Shown: positions 1 through 7,720 of the stretch, piece by piece | How the letters are laid out: each line of letters begins with the position of its first letter | Numbering within the stretch: the stretch's first letter is position 1 | Source of the DNA: Candidatus Iainarchaeum sp. | GTDB taxonomy: Archaea; Iainarchaeota; Iainarchaeia; Iainarchaeales; 0-14-0-20-34-12 | Direction: 5' to 3' | NCBI GenBank assembly: GCA_030649345.1 | Contig: JAUSKK010000029.1 | Location: forward strand, 1 to 32,000 | Length of the DNA stretch: 32,000 nt | The notes under the pieces: model-generated | Seen by the model: only the letters and a program-made list of their open reading frames with translations | Told to the model about the DNA's origin: nothing | Database searches by the model: none | Made by a program: the position numbers and the translations under genes

Positions 1-361
1 GATTGGTTGAAAAAAAGACTTGAGTTAAATCAAAATTGAAATACTTTGAAATTGCAAAAAATATATGAAATAAAATATTCAAAAAACCCAAAAAACCAAA
101 ATATCTACGGTAACCTATCCAATTCCATTTTGAATTTAACCGAATCACAGGACCTGCCAGCAAAGCCAAAGCAATTAAAATCATTCCAGAAAAAGCAAAA
201 CCTTGAACCAAGCCAACATTGAAAGCAATGGGCGCCAGGATGGGTGATTGAAGAGCAGAAAAATATTGAACAGCTAAAAGCACAGCAGTTAAGCCAATTG
301 AAAACAAAAAACTTTTTTTAAAAAAATGCCAAGTATTTGAAGAAACAAAACCGAGAGTCAT
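1..361 (-). CDS. Polytopic membrane protein, N-terminal 120 aa only (gene runs off the left edge); ferric-reductase / MsrQ(YedZ)-like
   Basis: Absent from the ORF track because it has no stop inside the window. Hand translation of the minus strand from the ATG (complement of 359-361) down to position 2 is open: MTLGFVSSNTWHFFKKSFLFSIGLTAVLLAVQYFSALQSPILAPIAFNVGLVQGFAFSGMILIALALLAGPVIRLNSKWNWIGYRRYFGFLGFLNILFHIFFAISKYFNFDLTQVFFSTN. It has several hydrophobic helices and no Cys. The YRRYFGFLGFLNILFH segment resembles the RR-x-LG-x-x-AF-x-x-x-x-H heme-ligand helix of MsrQ/YedZ-type proteins (recollection, not searched). Confidence 0.45.
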   Translation of the reverse strand, partial: MTLGFVSSNTWHFFKKSFLFSIGLTAVLLAVQYFSALQSPILAPIAFNVGLVQGFAFSGMILIALALLAGPVIRLNSKWNWIGYRRYFGFLGFLNILFHIFFAISKYFNFDLTQVFFSTN

Positions 362-412
362 TTCAATATAAAGGCAATCACACTATTTAAAGATTTATGA
401 ATAAAGTATGTT

Positions 413-1165
413 ATGGAATTAAAAAAATGGTTTATTCTTGGAATAATTTTAACTTTTTGGGCTCAAGGAATAACCAGTCACTCCAATGACACAAACACTG
501 AAAGCAGTTGTACTGCTGGAGAAAAAGGATGCGGCGCAGAAAATTTAACTTTTTACGATACTCAAAAAGAAGCACACGACAATAGCTTGTTCGGTTTACT
601 GGTTTTGGGAGGAACACTAATCATTATCGGAGCTGGATTTTATAGGTTTAAAAAAATTTCAAAGAAATTATTTCAGTTGGAAATTGTATTGGCTGTTTTA
701 ATTTTATTGGGCACCGCAGGATATTATTTTGTTTTATTTCCAGAACAAGATGGTTGGATATCGGGCCCGCAAGGATTTGCCGTACATTGGCATCAAACTA
801 TTTCAGTACAAATATGCGGACAAGAAAAAGATTTTCCCATAAATATTGGAGATTTAAACAGAGCTCACTTTCATGAAAATGCACATAGACTGCACTGGCA
901 TTTTCCCGGCTGGATTTCTGATTTAAAAATTATGAATTTACGAAACGCATTTCAAGATTTAGGATATACATTAAATGAAACCAGTTTGCAGGATCCAGAA
1001 ACAAAGCAAGTATATAGAAATGGAGAAACGATTTGTGAAACTGGAAAAGAAAACAAAATTAAAGTAAGTATACTGAGTACAAACAGCAATGAATTCAAAG
1101 AATTAGAAGATTATTTAGATTATGTTTTACAAGACAATGATTTTGTAAAAATTGAATACAATTAA
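413..1165 (+). CDS. Membrane protein with His-rich (HWH / HFH / HWH) extracytoplasmic C-terminal domain, function unknown
   Basis: 250-aa ORF. It has an N-terminal hydrophobic signal/anchor, two further TM helices (LFGLLVLGGTLIIIGAGFY; LEIVLAVLILLGTAGYYFVLF) and a C-x6-C pair (CTAGEKGC) in the first loop. A ~140-aa soluble domain follows, reading AVHWHQTISVQICGQ...RAHFHENAHRLHWHFPGW...VYRNGE...DFVKIEY. Its stop lies 1 nt before the ATG of the next gene, so the two are probably co-translated. Confidence 0.6.
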   Translation: MELKKWFILGIILTFWAQGITSHSNDTNTESSCTAGEKGCGAENLTFYDTQKEAHDNSLFGLLVLGGTLIIIGAGFYRFKKISKKLFQLEIVLAVLILLGTAGYYFVLFPEQDGWISGPQGFAVHWHQTISVQICGQEKDFPINIGDLNRAHFHENAHRLHWHFPGWISDLKIMNLRNAFQDLGYTLNETSLQDPETKQVYRNGETICETGKENKIKVSILSTNSNEFKELEDYLDYVLQDNDFVKIEYN

Positions 1166-1166
1166 T

Positions 1167-1664
1167 ATGGCGAAATTAAATCAAATTCAGGTTCAAAAAC
1201 CCAAGGAGAATAAAATTGGCACAGGCTTTGCTTTGTTGATTGGAATAACTGTAGTTGTATTGGGAATTTTATCATTGGGTTATATTTTTCAGCCAACTGG
1301 AGCCAGCAATGGAGTTGAAAAAATTGGAAATGTAATTCCTGAAAATCCTGCTGAACTCAAAGGCTTAGATAAATTTGCATACTGTTTGGCGCAAAATGAC
1401 CTAGTTATGTACGGTGCGTATTGGTGCGAATACTGTCAAGCGCAAAGAGCGTTATTTGGAAATTCATTCCAATATGCAAAATACGTAGAGTGTGGAGTGC
1501 AAGGAGATCGAAAAGCACAAACTCAAGTATGTAAAGATGCGCAAATTCAAAGTTATCCAACTTGGAAAAAAGGACTGCAAAAAGTTACAAGTGTCCAAGA
1601 ATTTAGTGATTTAGCTGAACTCAGTGGCTGTATTTTAGAAAATTCCGTAGATTTAAACCAATAA
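1167..1664 (+). CDS. Membrane-anchored thioredoxin-fold protein, active site C-E-Y-C (VKOR-partner type Trx-like domain)
   Basis: The ORF track starts at TTG 1152; ATG 1167 (MAKLNQ...) lies 1 nt after the upstream stop. There is one TM anchor (FALLIGITVVVLGILSLGYIF). The Trx domain then reads MYGAYWCEYCQAQRALFG...YVEC...SYPTW, which matches my recollection of the Trx-like domain fused to VKOR in cyanobacteria (YGAYWCPHCQ.QK.LFG...YVEC...SYPTW). Confidence 0.75.
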   Translation: MAKLNQIQVQKPKENKIGTGFALLIGITVVVLGILSLGYIFQPTGASNGVEKIGNVIPENPAELKGLDKFAYCLAQNDLVMYGAYWCEYCQAQRALFGNSFQYAKYVECGVQGDRKAQTQVCKDAQIQSYPTWKKGLQKVTSVQEFSDLAELSGCILENSVDLNQ

Positions 1665-1699
1665 AAAACTTAATAAACAATGAACTGCTTTAATAGAAT

Positions 1700-2662
1700 A
1701 TGCGTTGGTTTATCGGCTTAGAGAATGGAAAAATTATTACAGAACAGCCTAAAAAATTGAGAGAATTTTTAAACAAACCCAATACAACCATTTGGTTGGA
1801 TTTTGAGAAACCTTCCAGAGAAGATTTCCTGTTTTTAGAATCTGAATTTGGATTTCATCCATTAGCATTGCAAGAGTGTACGCCTAAATTAACTTTGCCT
1901 AAAATTGACGACTTCAAAAATTATTTGTTTGTAGTTATTCACAAAATGACCCTGGGAGAAAAAACAGGAAAAAATGGATTAATTGAACAAGATTGTTTTC
2001 TGGGAAAAAATTATATCGTAACCATTCATTACCATGCCAGCGAAAGCATTGAGCAAGCCAAAGAACAGGCTTTGCAAAGACCCGAATTTTTAGAACGCGG
2101 CCCGGATTTTATTTTGCATTCAACTTTAGAAAATTCCATTCAAAATTATTTTAAAAAAACAGAAGAATGGGAAAATGAATTGGATGAAATCGAAAACAAA
2201 ATTTTGACTGGAAAAACAAAAAAAATATTGCCCAAAATTTTGGAACTAAAGCGAAATATTTCTAGACTCAAAAACAGTATTGGACGGCAAATGGATGTTG
2301 TGAATAGATTGGCCCGCAGAGATTCAGAACTAATTTCGGAGAAAGCAGGATTGTATTTTCGAAGCAATTACGATGACTTTATGAGACTGCACACTAACTT
2401 GGAATCTTTAAGAGATTTAATTACCACAGACTTTGATGCTTATTTGTCTATTATTTCCAATAACTTGAATGACATTATTAAAAGACTAACCATTATTTCA
2501 ATTATTTTTCTTCCCTTGACTTTTTTAGCTGGCTTGTATGGAATGAATTTCAAATTTTTGCCATTTGCAGAAGATGCAAATGGACTTTATGCAATGCTAG
2601 GCTTGATGGGTTTGATTGCGGCGATTATTATTTTATACTTCAAAAAAATTAAATGGCTATAA
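1700..2662 (+). CDS. corA: CorA-family Mg2+/Co2+ transporter
   Basis: 320 aa with a soluble N-terminal domain and two C-terminal TM helices. The CorA signature is present (GLYGMNFKFLP, the YGMN motif). Confidence 0.9.
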   Translation: MRWFIGLENGKIITEQPKKLREFLNKPNTTIWLDFEKPSREDFLFLESEFGFHPLALQECTPKLTLPKIDDFKNYLFVVIHKMTLGEKTGKNGLIEQDCFLGKNYIVTIHYHASESIEQAKEQALQRPEFLERGPDFILHSTLENSIQNYFKKTEEWENELDEIENKILTGKTKKILPKILELKRNISRLKNSIGRQMDVVNRLARRDSELISEKAGLYFRSNYDDFMRLHTNLESLRDLITTDFDAYLSIISNNLNDIIKRLTIISIIFLPLTFLAGLYGMNFKFLPFAEDANGLYAMLGLMGLIAAIIILYFKKIKWL

Positions 2663-2666
2663 TTTT

Positions 2667-4190
2667 ATGAACGAAGTTCTACCCTTAACCACAATTGGAA
2701 TCATAATTTTAGTTGCAATTGTGTTAAGCATTTTTGCAAAAAAAATTGGGCAAAATGCAGTCTTGGGTTTTATCATTACAGGCTTTTTGTTAGGGCCTTT
2801 TTGGCTGAATTTCTTACACCCCAAAGATCCTTTGGTTGTAGGCTTTGCTGAAATGGGATTATTTGTTTTATTGTTTTACTTAGGATTGGAACTTTCATTA
2901 AAAGATTTTCTGAAATCCGGAAGCACAGCTTTTGGACTTGCAATTTTAGACATGATTGGCTTGGCTGGAAGTGGTGCTTTAATTATGATGGCCTTGGGTT
3001 TCTCTCCTTTAATGTCAGCCATTGTTGGAATTATGTTGTTTTCTGCCAGCACAGCCATTTCAGCCAAGTTCGCCATAGACAAAGGAATTATTCGCGAACC
3101 TTCGACTAAAATTTCGTTAGCTATTTTAATTTTACAAGACTTTTTAGGAATTTTATTATTGGTTTTTATTCTAAGCTTAACTGCCACGCAAGGATCTGCA
3201 ATAAGTTTAGCATTTACTGCCTTAATGTTTGCAACCGCTACCTTTGCCGTAATACAAAGATTATCTAAACACGTAGAAAAATGGATGGAAGAAAATAAAT
3301 ACGGTCAAACAGAAGTAACCTTGTATGCTTTAGGTATTGGCTTGGTTGTTGCTACATTGGGTTCTTTTTTAGGATTGAATTCTGCATTGGGTGCATATTT
3401 TGCTGGATTTGCTTTAGCTGAAACCAAAGCTGGAGAAAAAATAAAAAAAGACGTAGGATTTATGCGTGACTTTTTCTTAATGTTCTTTTTTGTAGCCTTT
3501 GGAACTACACTGTTTTACAATATGGATTTGAATATACTTCAATTACCCAATGCACAACAATTGTTGTTCTATATTGGAGTCGGAATTCTTTTGATTGCAA
3601 CTTGCATTATTGCAATTCATGGAATTATTTTTTCAGTTATTGGCGGAGCTTTTGGTTTAAGCAAAAACGATTCTGCAATTTCCGCTGTCTTGCTAACACC
3701 TTTAGGAGAATTTGTTGTGATTATTGCCACATCCGCAGGAAAAGTATTGAAAGGCACTGAAGCTGTAGCCATTGCACCCATTGCATTTTTATTAATTTTA
3801 ATTACAGTAGGAATATTTCAACCACTATACAATATTTTGCCATTCTATCAAAAAATTAGCAAAAAACTACCCGCATTTTTTTCAAAAAAAGAAACAGAAA
3901 CTCAAGTCAAAGAACTTACACCGCAGACCACTAAGTTAGTACAAAAAATTGCTGGAAATTTTTTAATTATTTTAAGTATTACCTGGATTGCTTTTTTGTT
4001 ATATGAAAACTTGCCTAATTTTGGAGTGCCCATCCCATACAGCCGGGAAGTTACAGTTTCTGTGTTATGGTTTTTAGCCACAGTTTGGCCAGGCATTCGA
4101 ATTGTAAAAGCATTCAAAAAACTAATTGATTGCACTAAACCAGTATTGGTAAAAGAAAAATGGCCCAAGAAAATAATTCAAGAAAATTAA
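2667..4190 (+). CDS. Cation:proton antiporter (Kef/NapA-like, CPA-type), no RCK domain
   Basis: The ORF-track start (2616) overlaps corA; ATG 2667 (MNEVLPL...) is 4 nt after the corA stop. The protein has about 12 hydrophobic helices with Gly-rich segments typical of Na+/K+:H+ exchangers. The family call rests on overall topology and composition rather than on a single diagnostic motif. Confidence 0.7.
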   Translation: MNEVLPLTTIGIIILVAIVLSIFAKKIGQNAVLGFIITGFLLGPFWLNFLHPKDPLVVGFAEMGLFVLLFYLGLELSLKDFLKSGSTAFGLAILDMIGLAGSGALIMMALGFSPLMSAIVGIMLFSASTAISAKFAIDKGIIREPSTKISLAILILQDFLGILLLVFILSLTATQGSAISLAFTALMFATATFAVIQRLSKHVEKWMEENKYGQTEVTLYALGIGLVVATLGSFLGLNSALGAYFAGFALAETKAGEKIKKDVGFMRDFFLMFFFVAFGTTLFYNMDLNILQLPNAQQLLFYIGVGILLIATCIIAIHGIIFSVIGGAFGLSKNDSAISAVLLTPLGEFVVIIATSAGKVLKGTEAVAIAPIAFLLILITVGIFQPLYNILPFYQKISKKLPAFFSKKETETQVKELTPQTTKLVQKIAGNFLIILSITWIAFLLYENLPNFGVPIPYSREVTVSVLWFLATVWPGIRIVKAFKKLIDCTKPVLVKEKWPKKIIQEN

Positions 4191-4948
4191 GCTATTTCTA
4201 AGAAAAGCAAAGCATACATTACTAGAATTCCAAATACCAAAGCCAACAATTGAGGCAATGCAGTTTTAGTTTCTTGTTTATGCAATTCAGGAATTAAATC
4301 TGTGCCTGCAATATACAAAAAAGTTCCAGCCGTAAAAGGAAGCAAAAAAGTATTCAATAATTGTTCTTGAGATCCCAACAATAAACCAACACCCGCACCC
4401 AAAAAAGCAGCTAAAGCAGATAAAAAATTAAACTTTAAAGCTTGAGGCACTGTAAAACCAGAATGCAACAATACTCCAAAATCTCCAATTTCTTGAGGAA
4501 TTTCATGAAAAATTACTGCCAAAGTTGTAGCAATCCCTAAAGGAACACTAACTAAAAAAGAAGCAGCAATTACGACTCCATCAATGAAATTATGCACACC
4601 ATCTCCTAACAAATTCATATAACCCAAACTATGAACATCCAGTTCTCCTTCTTGGACATTGTGATGGTGATGCCATTTGAAAATTTTTTCAATTACAAAA
4701 AAAAGTAAAAGACCGCCTAAAATAGAAAAGCTGACTTCTAAAGGAAATCCTACAGTTTCAATGGTTTCAGGCAACAAGTGCAAAAATACATCCCCCAACA
4801 AAGCACCTGCAGAAAAAGAAACCAACAACAACAAATATTTTTTCAAACGATTGGAATTCATGCCAGCTACAAATAATCCAGCAAGTGAAATTAAGCTCAC
4901 AATAAAAACACTGGTAAAAACATACAACCAAATCATATCAAAAACCAC
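4187..4948 (-). CDS. zupT: ZIP-family divalent metal (Zn2+/Fe2+) transporter
   Basis: The ZIP signatures HNFIDGVVIAASF and HEIPQEIGDFGVLL are present, plus a His-rich loop (WHHHHNVQEGELDVH). The start is GTG at 4948; an ATG alternative at 4936 (MIWLYVF...) is equally plausible. Confidence 0.85.
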   Translation of the reverse strand: MVFDMIWLYVFTSVFIVSLISLAGLFVAGMNSNRLKKYLLLLVSFSAGALLGDVFLHLLPETIETVGFPLEVSFSILGGLLLFFVIEKIFKWHHHHNVQEGELDVHSLGYMNLLGDGVHNFIDGVVIAASFLVSVPLGIATTLAVIFHEIPQEIGDFGVLLHSGFTVPQALKFNFLSALAAFLGAGVGLLLGSQEQLLNTFLLPFTAGTFLYIAGTDLIPELHKQETKTALPQLLALVFGILVMYALLFLEIA

Positions 4949-4967
4949 ATATTAATTTTTTCTAAAA

Positions 4968-5009
4968 AGTTATTAACAATTGTCATTAAAAGCCTGATTG
5001 TTAATAACT
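4968..5009. promoter_or_regulatory. Perfect 13-bp inverted repeat with 16-bp spacer (AGTTATTAACAAT-N16-ATTGTTAATAACT) in the divergent ZIP / nikR-like intergenic region; candidate operator
   Basis: Read directly from the sequence. The left arm is 4968-4980 and the right arm 4997-5009, and the arms are exact reverse complements. The right arm ends 6 nt before the nikR-like ATG (5016). The left arm starts 20 nt from the ZIP GTG. The N16 spacing equals that of the E. coli NikR operator (GTATGA-N16-TCATAC). Confidence 0.55.
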
Positions 5010-5015
5010 TAGATT

Positions 5016-5402
5016 ATGAAGATTATTAGTTTTTCTTTAAGTGACAAAAATTTGAAAGACATGGAAACCATTCAAGCCAGCTGGGGGTTGAGTAATAAGT
5101 CCGAAGTTGTGCGAGCTGGATTAAGAGAAGCTTTGCAAAAAGTTGAAGAAGAAAAACAATTGCAGGGAAAGATATGCGCACTCATTATTCTCCAGCACAG
5201 TCATGAAACCGAAAAATTTGTTTCCGATGTAAAGCATGAATTCATTAAACTGATTAAAAGCCAAAACCATGCCGAAGTAGAAGAAGACTACTGCATTGAT
5301 GTTTTTTTACTGAAAGGAAATGCAGATGAAATCAAAAAAATGAAAAATGCATTGGGAAATAACCGCAAAATTAAAAAAATTGAAATGGTTTTACTGAAAT
5401 GA
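5016..5402 (+). CDS. nikR: NikR-family ribbon-helix-helix metal-responsive transcriptional regulator
   Basis: 128 aa. The N-terminal RHH reads MKIISFSLSDKNLKDMETIQASWGLSNKSEVVRAGLREAL. The C-terminal ACT-like domain aligns by eye to E. coli NikR: H74, H85 and C93 fall at the spacing of Ni ligands H76, H87 and C95, and E87 replaces H89. Its stop overlaps the next gene's start (ATGA at 5399-5402). Confidence 0.75.
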   Translation: MKIISFSLSDKNLKDMETIQASWGLSNKSEVVRAGLREALQKVEEEKQLQGKICALIILQHSHETEKFVSDVKHEFIKLIKSQNHAEVEEDYCIDVFLLKGNADEIKKMKNALGNNRKIKKIEMVLLK

Positions 5403-6334
5403 AGACAACCTTTTTCCCCAAAGAATTCCTGGAAAAATACCAAGAAATTTTAGGCACTGATTTTGATTCTTTTTTTGAAATCAGTCAAACTAAACTAAAA
5501 AAAAGCATTTGGGTGAATTCCTTGAAGATTCAGCCCAAAGAATTAAAGAAAATACTCGAACACCAAAATTGGAGATTAAAGCAATTAACCTTTCACTTAA
5601 ATTCTTTTACAATAATTTCAGGCCCTCAAAAACCAGGACAAATAGAAGAGTTTGCCCAAGGGTTATTTAATTTACAAGAAGTTTCCAGTATGCTTCCGGC
5701 ATTGGTTTTGAGTCCAGAAAAAAATTCACGTGTATTGGATTGCACGGCTGCACCCGGAAACAAGACTTTGCAATTGGCCTGCAGTATGAACAATACTGGA
5801 AAGCTGGCAGTGGTGGAAAAAAATAATGTACGTGCAAAATCTTTAAATTTTAATTTAAAAAAATGGAATGTACATAATGCAAAAGTTTTTGAAATAGATT
5901 TCTTAAACGCAAACTTTAAAGAAAAATTTGATTTTGTTTTATTGGACGCGCCCTGTTCAAGTGAAGGCCTTGTGCGAAAACGAAAAGAGGCTTTAAAGGA
6001 ATGGTCACAGGAGTTGGTCAAACGAAAAAGTAAATTGCAAAAAAAATTAATTGTACAGGCATTTAATCAATTAAAAGAAAATGGAACACTCGTATATTCT
6101 GTGTGCTCTTTAAGCCCAGAAGAATGCGAAGAAGTAATACATCATTTATTGGACAAACAAGAGAATGTAAAAATTGAAAAAATAAAAATTAAAGGGATCA
6201 AAATTCGAAAAGGGCTGACTTTCTATAATGGAAAAACGTTTGAACAAGAAATTGAAAATTGTGCCCGCATTTATCCTCAAGACAATGATTCACAGGCTTT
6301 TTTTATGACAAAAATAAAAAAGACCGTGGATTGA
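5399..6334 (+). CDS. NOL1/NOP2/Sun-family RNA (cytosine-C5) methyltransferase
   Basis: SAM motif VLDCTAAPGNKT, motif IV LLDAPCSSEG and motif VI YSVCSLSPEE with the two catalytic Cys. The 311-aa size fits archaeal Trm4/NSUN-type enzymes. Confidence 0.85.
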   Translation: MKTTFFPKEFLEKYQEILGTDFDSFFEISQTKLKKSIWVNSLKIQPKELKKILEHQNWRLKQLTFHLNSFTIISGPQKPGQIEEFAQGLFNLQEVSSMLPALVLSPEKNSRVLDCTAAPGNKTLQLACSMNNTGKLAVVEKNNVRAKSLNFNLKKWNVHNAKVFEIDFLNANFKEKFDFVLLDAPCSSEGLVRKRKEALKEWSQELVKRKSKLQKKLIVQAFNQLKENGTLVYSVCSLSPEECEEVIHHLLDKQENVKIEKIKIKGIKIRKGLTFYNGKTFEQEIENCARIYPQDNDSQAFFMTKIKKTVD

Positions 6335-6408
6335 ACATGACAAAAATAAGGAAAGAGTAACTGGAGATACAGTACTCAAATTAAAACAATTTGTTTCATT
6401 TCTTTCTT

Positions 6409-6476
6409 GGCAATGATGATGTAAGTCGCGACCGATCCTTTCATCAGGAAGTGACGATTGAGTCCAAATCTGAGCC
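6409..6476 (+). ncRNA. C/D-box sRNA (2'-O-methylation guide)
   Basis: The layout is GGC-a-[C box AUGAUGA 6413-6419]-12 nt guide (UGUAAGUCGCGA)-[D' CCGA 6432-6435]-small hairpin UCCU-uucauc-AGGA-[C' GUGACGA 6451-6457]-12 nt guide (UUGAGUCCAAAU)-[D box CUGA 6470-6473]-GCC. The terminal GGC/GCC stem and the exact 12-nt guide lengths are the archaeal pattern. An A/T-rich box (aaattaaaac) lies ~26 nt upstream and a T-run (ctattttcg) follows. It sits in a 280-bp gap between convergent genes and is GC-richer than its surroundings. Confidence 0.55.
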
Positions 6477-6554
6477 TTCTATTTTCGTTGTATCGAGCAT
6501 AGCGCAATTAAAATCAACAGATTTTAATGCACATTAAAACCAATGGTTTTAATC

Positions 6555-6611
6555 GCGAAGATACGACATCGTACCGCCGGCGATCTCCGGCGAATGGGTC
6601 CAAATCTGAGC
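6555..6611 (+). ncRNA. Possible second, degenerate C/D-box-like sRNA sharing the D-guide of the first
   Basis: It has the same geometry as the first sRNA: GCGAAGA (C-like, keeps both GA dinucleotides)-12 nt-CCGC-hairpin GCCGG-cgaucu-CCGGC-12 nt guide AUGGGUCCAAAU-CUGA (6606-6609). The last 8 guide nt plus the D box (GUCCAAAUCUGAGC) are identical to the first sRNA. The C and C' boxes are poor, hence the low confidence. Confidence 0.25.
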
Positions 6612-6613
6612 AT

Positions 6614-7669
6614 TTATATTAAATCCAAATTTTTACAAATCAAAAAAGGCTTACCAAAGAACACATGTACTTTCTGGGTTCCATGCAAATTACTTTCAAT
6701 TCGATTTTTCAGTTCAGCATATTTTTCTTCCGGAATTTTTCCACGCAAAACAATCTTTTGAGCTTGCAATTCTTGAAGTTTTAAAATTAATTCGGCTTCA
6801 GTTTGGGTCATGCCTACAACTTGGAAACGATTTTTAAAAAACACATTTTTCAATAACTGATTGGATGTCAAAAAATTGGGTTGAAAATAAAAAGTTTCAG
6901 GCAATTGTTTCAAGAGTTCAGAATACAATCCAGCACGGTCAATCCCAGCATGCAGTTCATACAAATAAGTTTGCAAAGATTGAGGTTTTAGAGTGATTGA
7001 AATTTTTTCCAAAGAAATTAGTTTTTGATTTTCAGGAACCAAAACAAGCGAACATTCTGCTTGTTTAAATTTTCCAAAATATAAAGTCAAACAATTTAAT
7101 TCATGCTCACGGTTTCCGCAATTAGATGAAATGTATTCTTTTTCGCAGTCCAACAAAATTTCTTCTGATTTAAATTCGCGGGAAACTTCAATTGCAAAAT
7201 CAGAAATTTTTTGGGCTTGAATCCATTCAATCAAATCCAAAGTATTGGGCACAGTTTGATCTAAAGCTTTTACGCGCAAACCATTCACTCTCCGCGAGGG
7301 ATCAGAAAACACTGCAGAAACTTTAAGTTTTTGTAAATCCAATTCTTCAAAGTCAGCAGAAATAAATTCAATATTTTTTCGGCCGTACACTTCCGCATTT
7401 TGTTCAGCGCATTTCAAAACTTTTTCATCTACATCTACTGCAATTACTTTTTTGCAAAACTGAGACAAAGCAATACTATCCGAACCAATTCCGCAACCTA
7501 AATCAATAATAGTATCCCCAGCCAAGCGTTGGGCTCGATACAAAGCAATTGCTTCCGGAGTGCTTTGCTGTAAACTCTCTGAGCTTGGAAAAAACATTTC
7601 TTTCGCACGCGAAAATTTTCCTTTGGCTTTATAGCGTAGATTTTTTAATTCAAATTTAGATAATTCCAT
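6614..7669 (-). CDS. Class I SAM-dependent methyltransferase (RNA cap guanine-N2 / Tgs1-like core with C-terminal extension)
   Basis: Motif I is TIIDLGCGIGSDSIAL, with an acidic residue after beta2 (VIAVDVD) and an FSDPSRR motif. The ORF-track start (7765) runs into the tRNA gene. The ATG at 7669 (MELSKFELKNL...) is the first start clear of the tRNA. Confidence 0.7.
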   Translation of the reverse strand: MELSKFELKNLRYKAKGKFSRAKEMFFPSSESLQQSTPEAIALYRAQRLAGDTIIDLGCGIGSDSIALSQFCKKVIAVDVDEKVLKCAEQNAEVYGRKNIEFISADFEELDLQKLKVSAVFSDPSRRVNGLRVKALDQTVPNTLDLIEWIQAQKISDFAIEVSREFKSEEILLDCEKEYISSNCGNREHELNCLTLYFGKFKQAECSLVLVPENQKLISLEKISITLKPQSLQTYLYELHAGIDRAGLYSELLKQLPETFYFQPNFLTSNQLLKNVFFKNRFQVVGMTQTEAELILKLQELQAQKIVLRGKIPEEKYAELKNRIESNLHGTQKVHVFFGKPFLICKNLDLI

Positions 7670-7720
7670 AAACAAACCAAAAACAGTTTTCAGATGAACC
7701 TTTAAAAATTGATAAAAAAG

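Noticed and set aside
4677-4955. 92-aa plus-strand ORF over the 5' part of the ZIP gene
   Set aside because: It is antisense to a gene with unambiguous ZIP signatures, and its composition is Lys/Asn-rich as expected from reading a hydrophobic gene backwards. The same reasoning rejects 2876-3187, 3902-4168, 5626-6021, 27376-27693, 29656-29898, 30459-30722, 31125-31454 and 31758-31979.
6543-6761. 72-aa plus-strand ORF spanning the second sRNA candidate and the 3' end of the convergent methyltransferase
   Set aside because: There is no RBS or promoter context. It overlaps a well-supported gene in antisense, and its sequence is Arg/Ser/Phe-rich noise.
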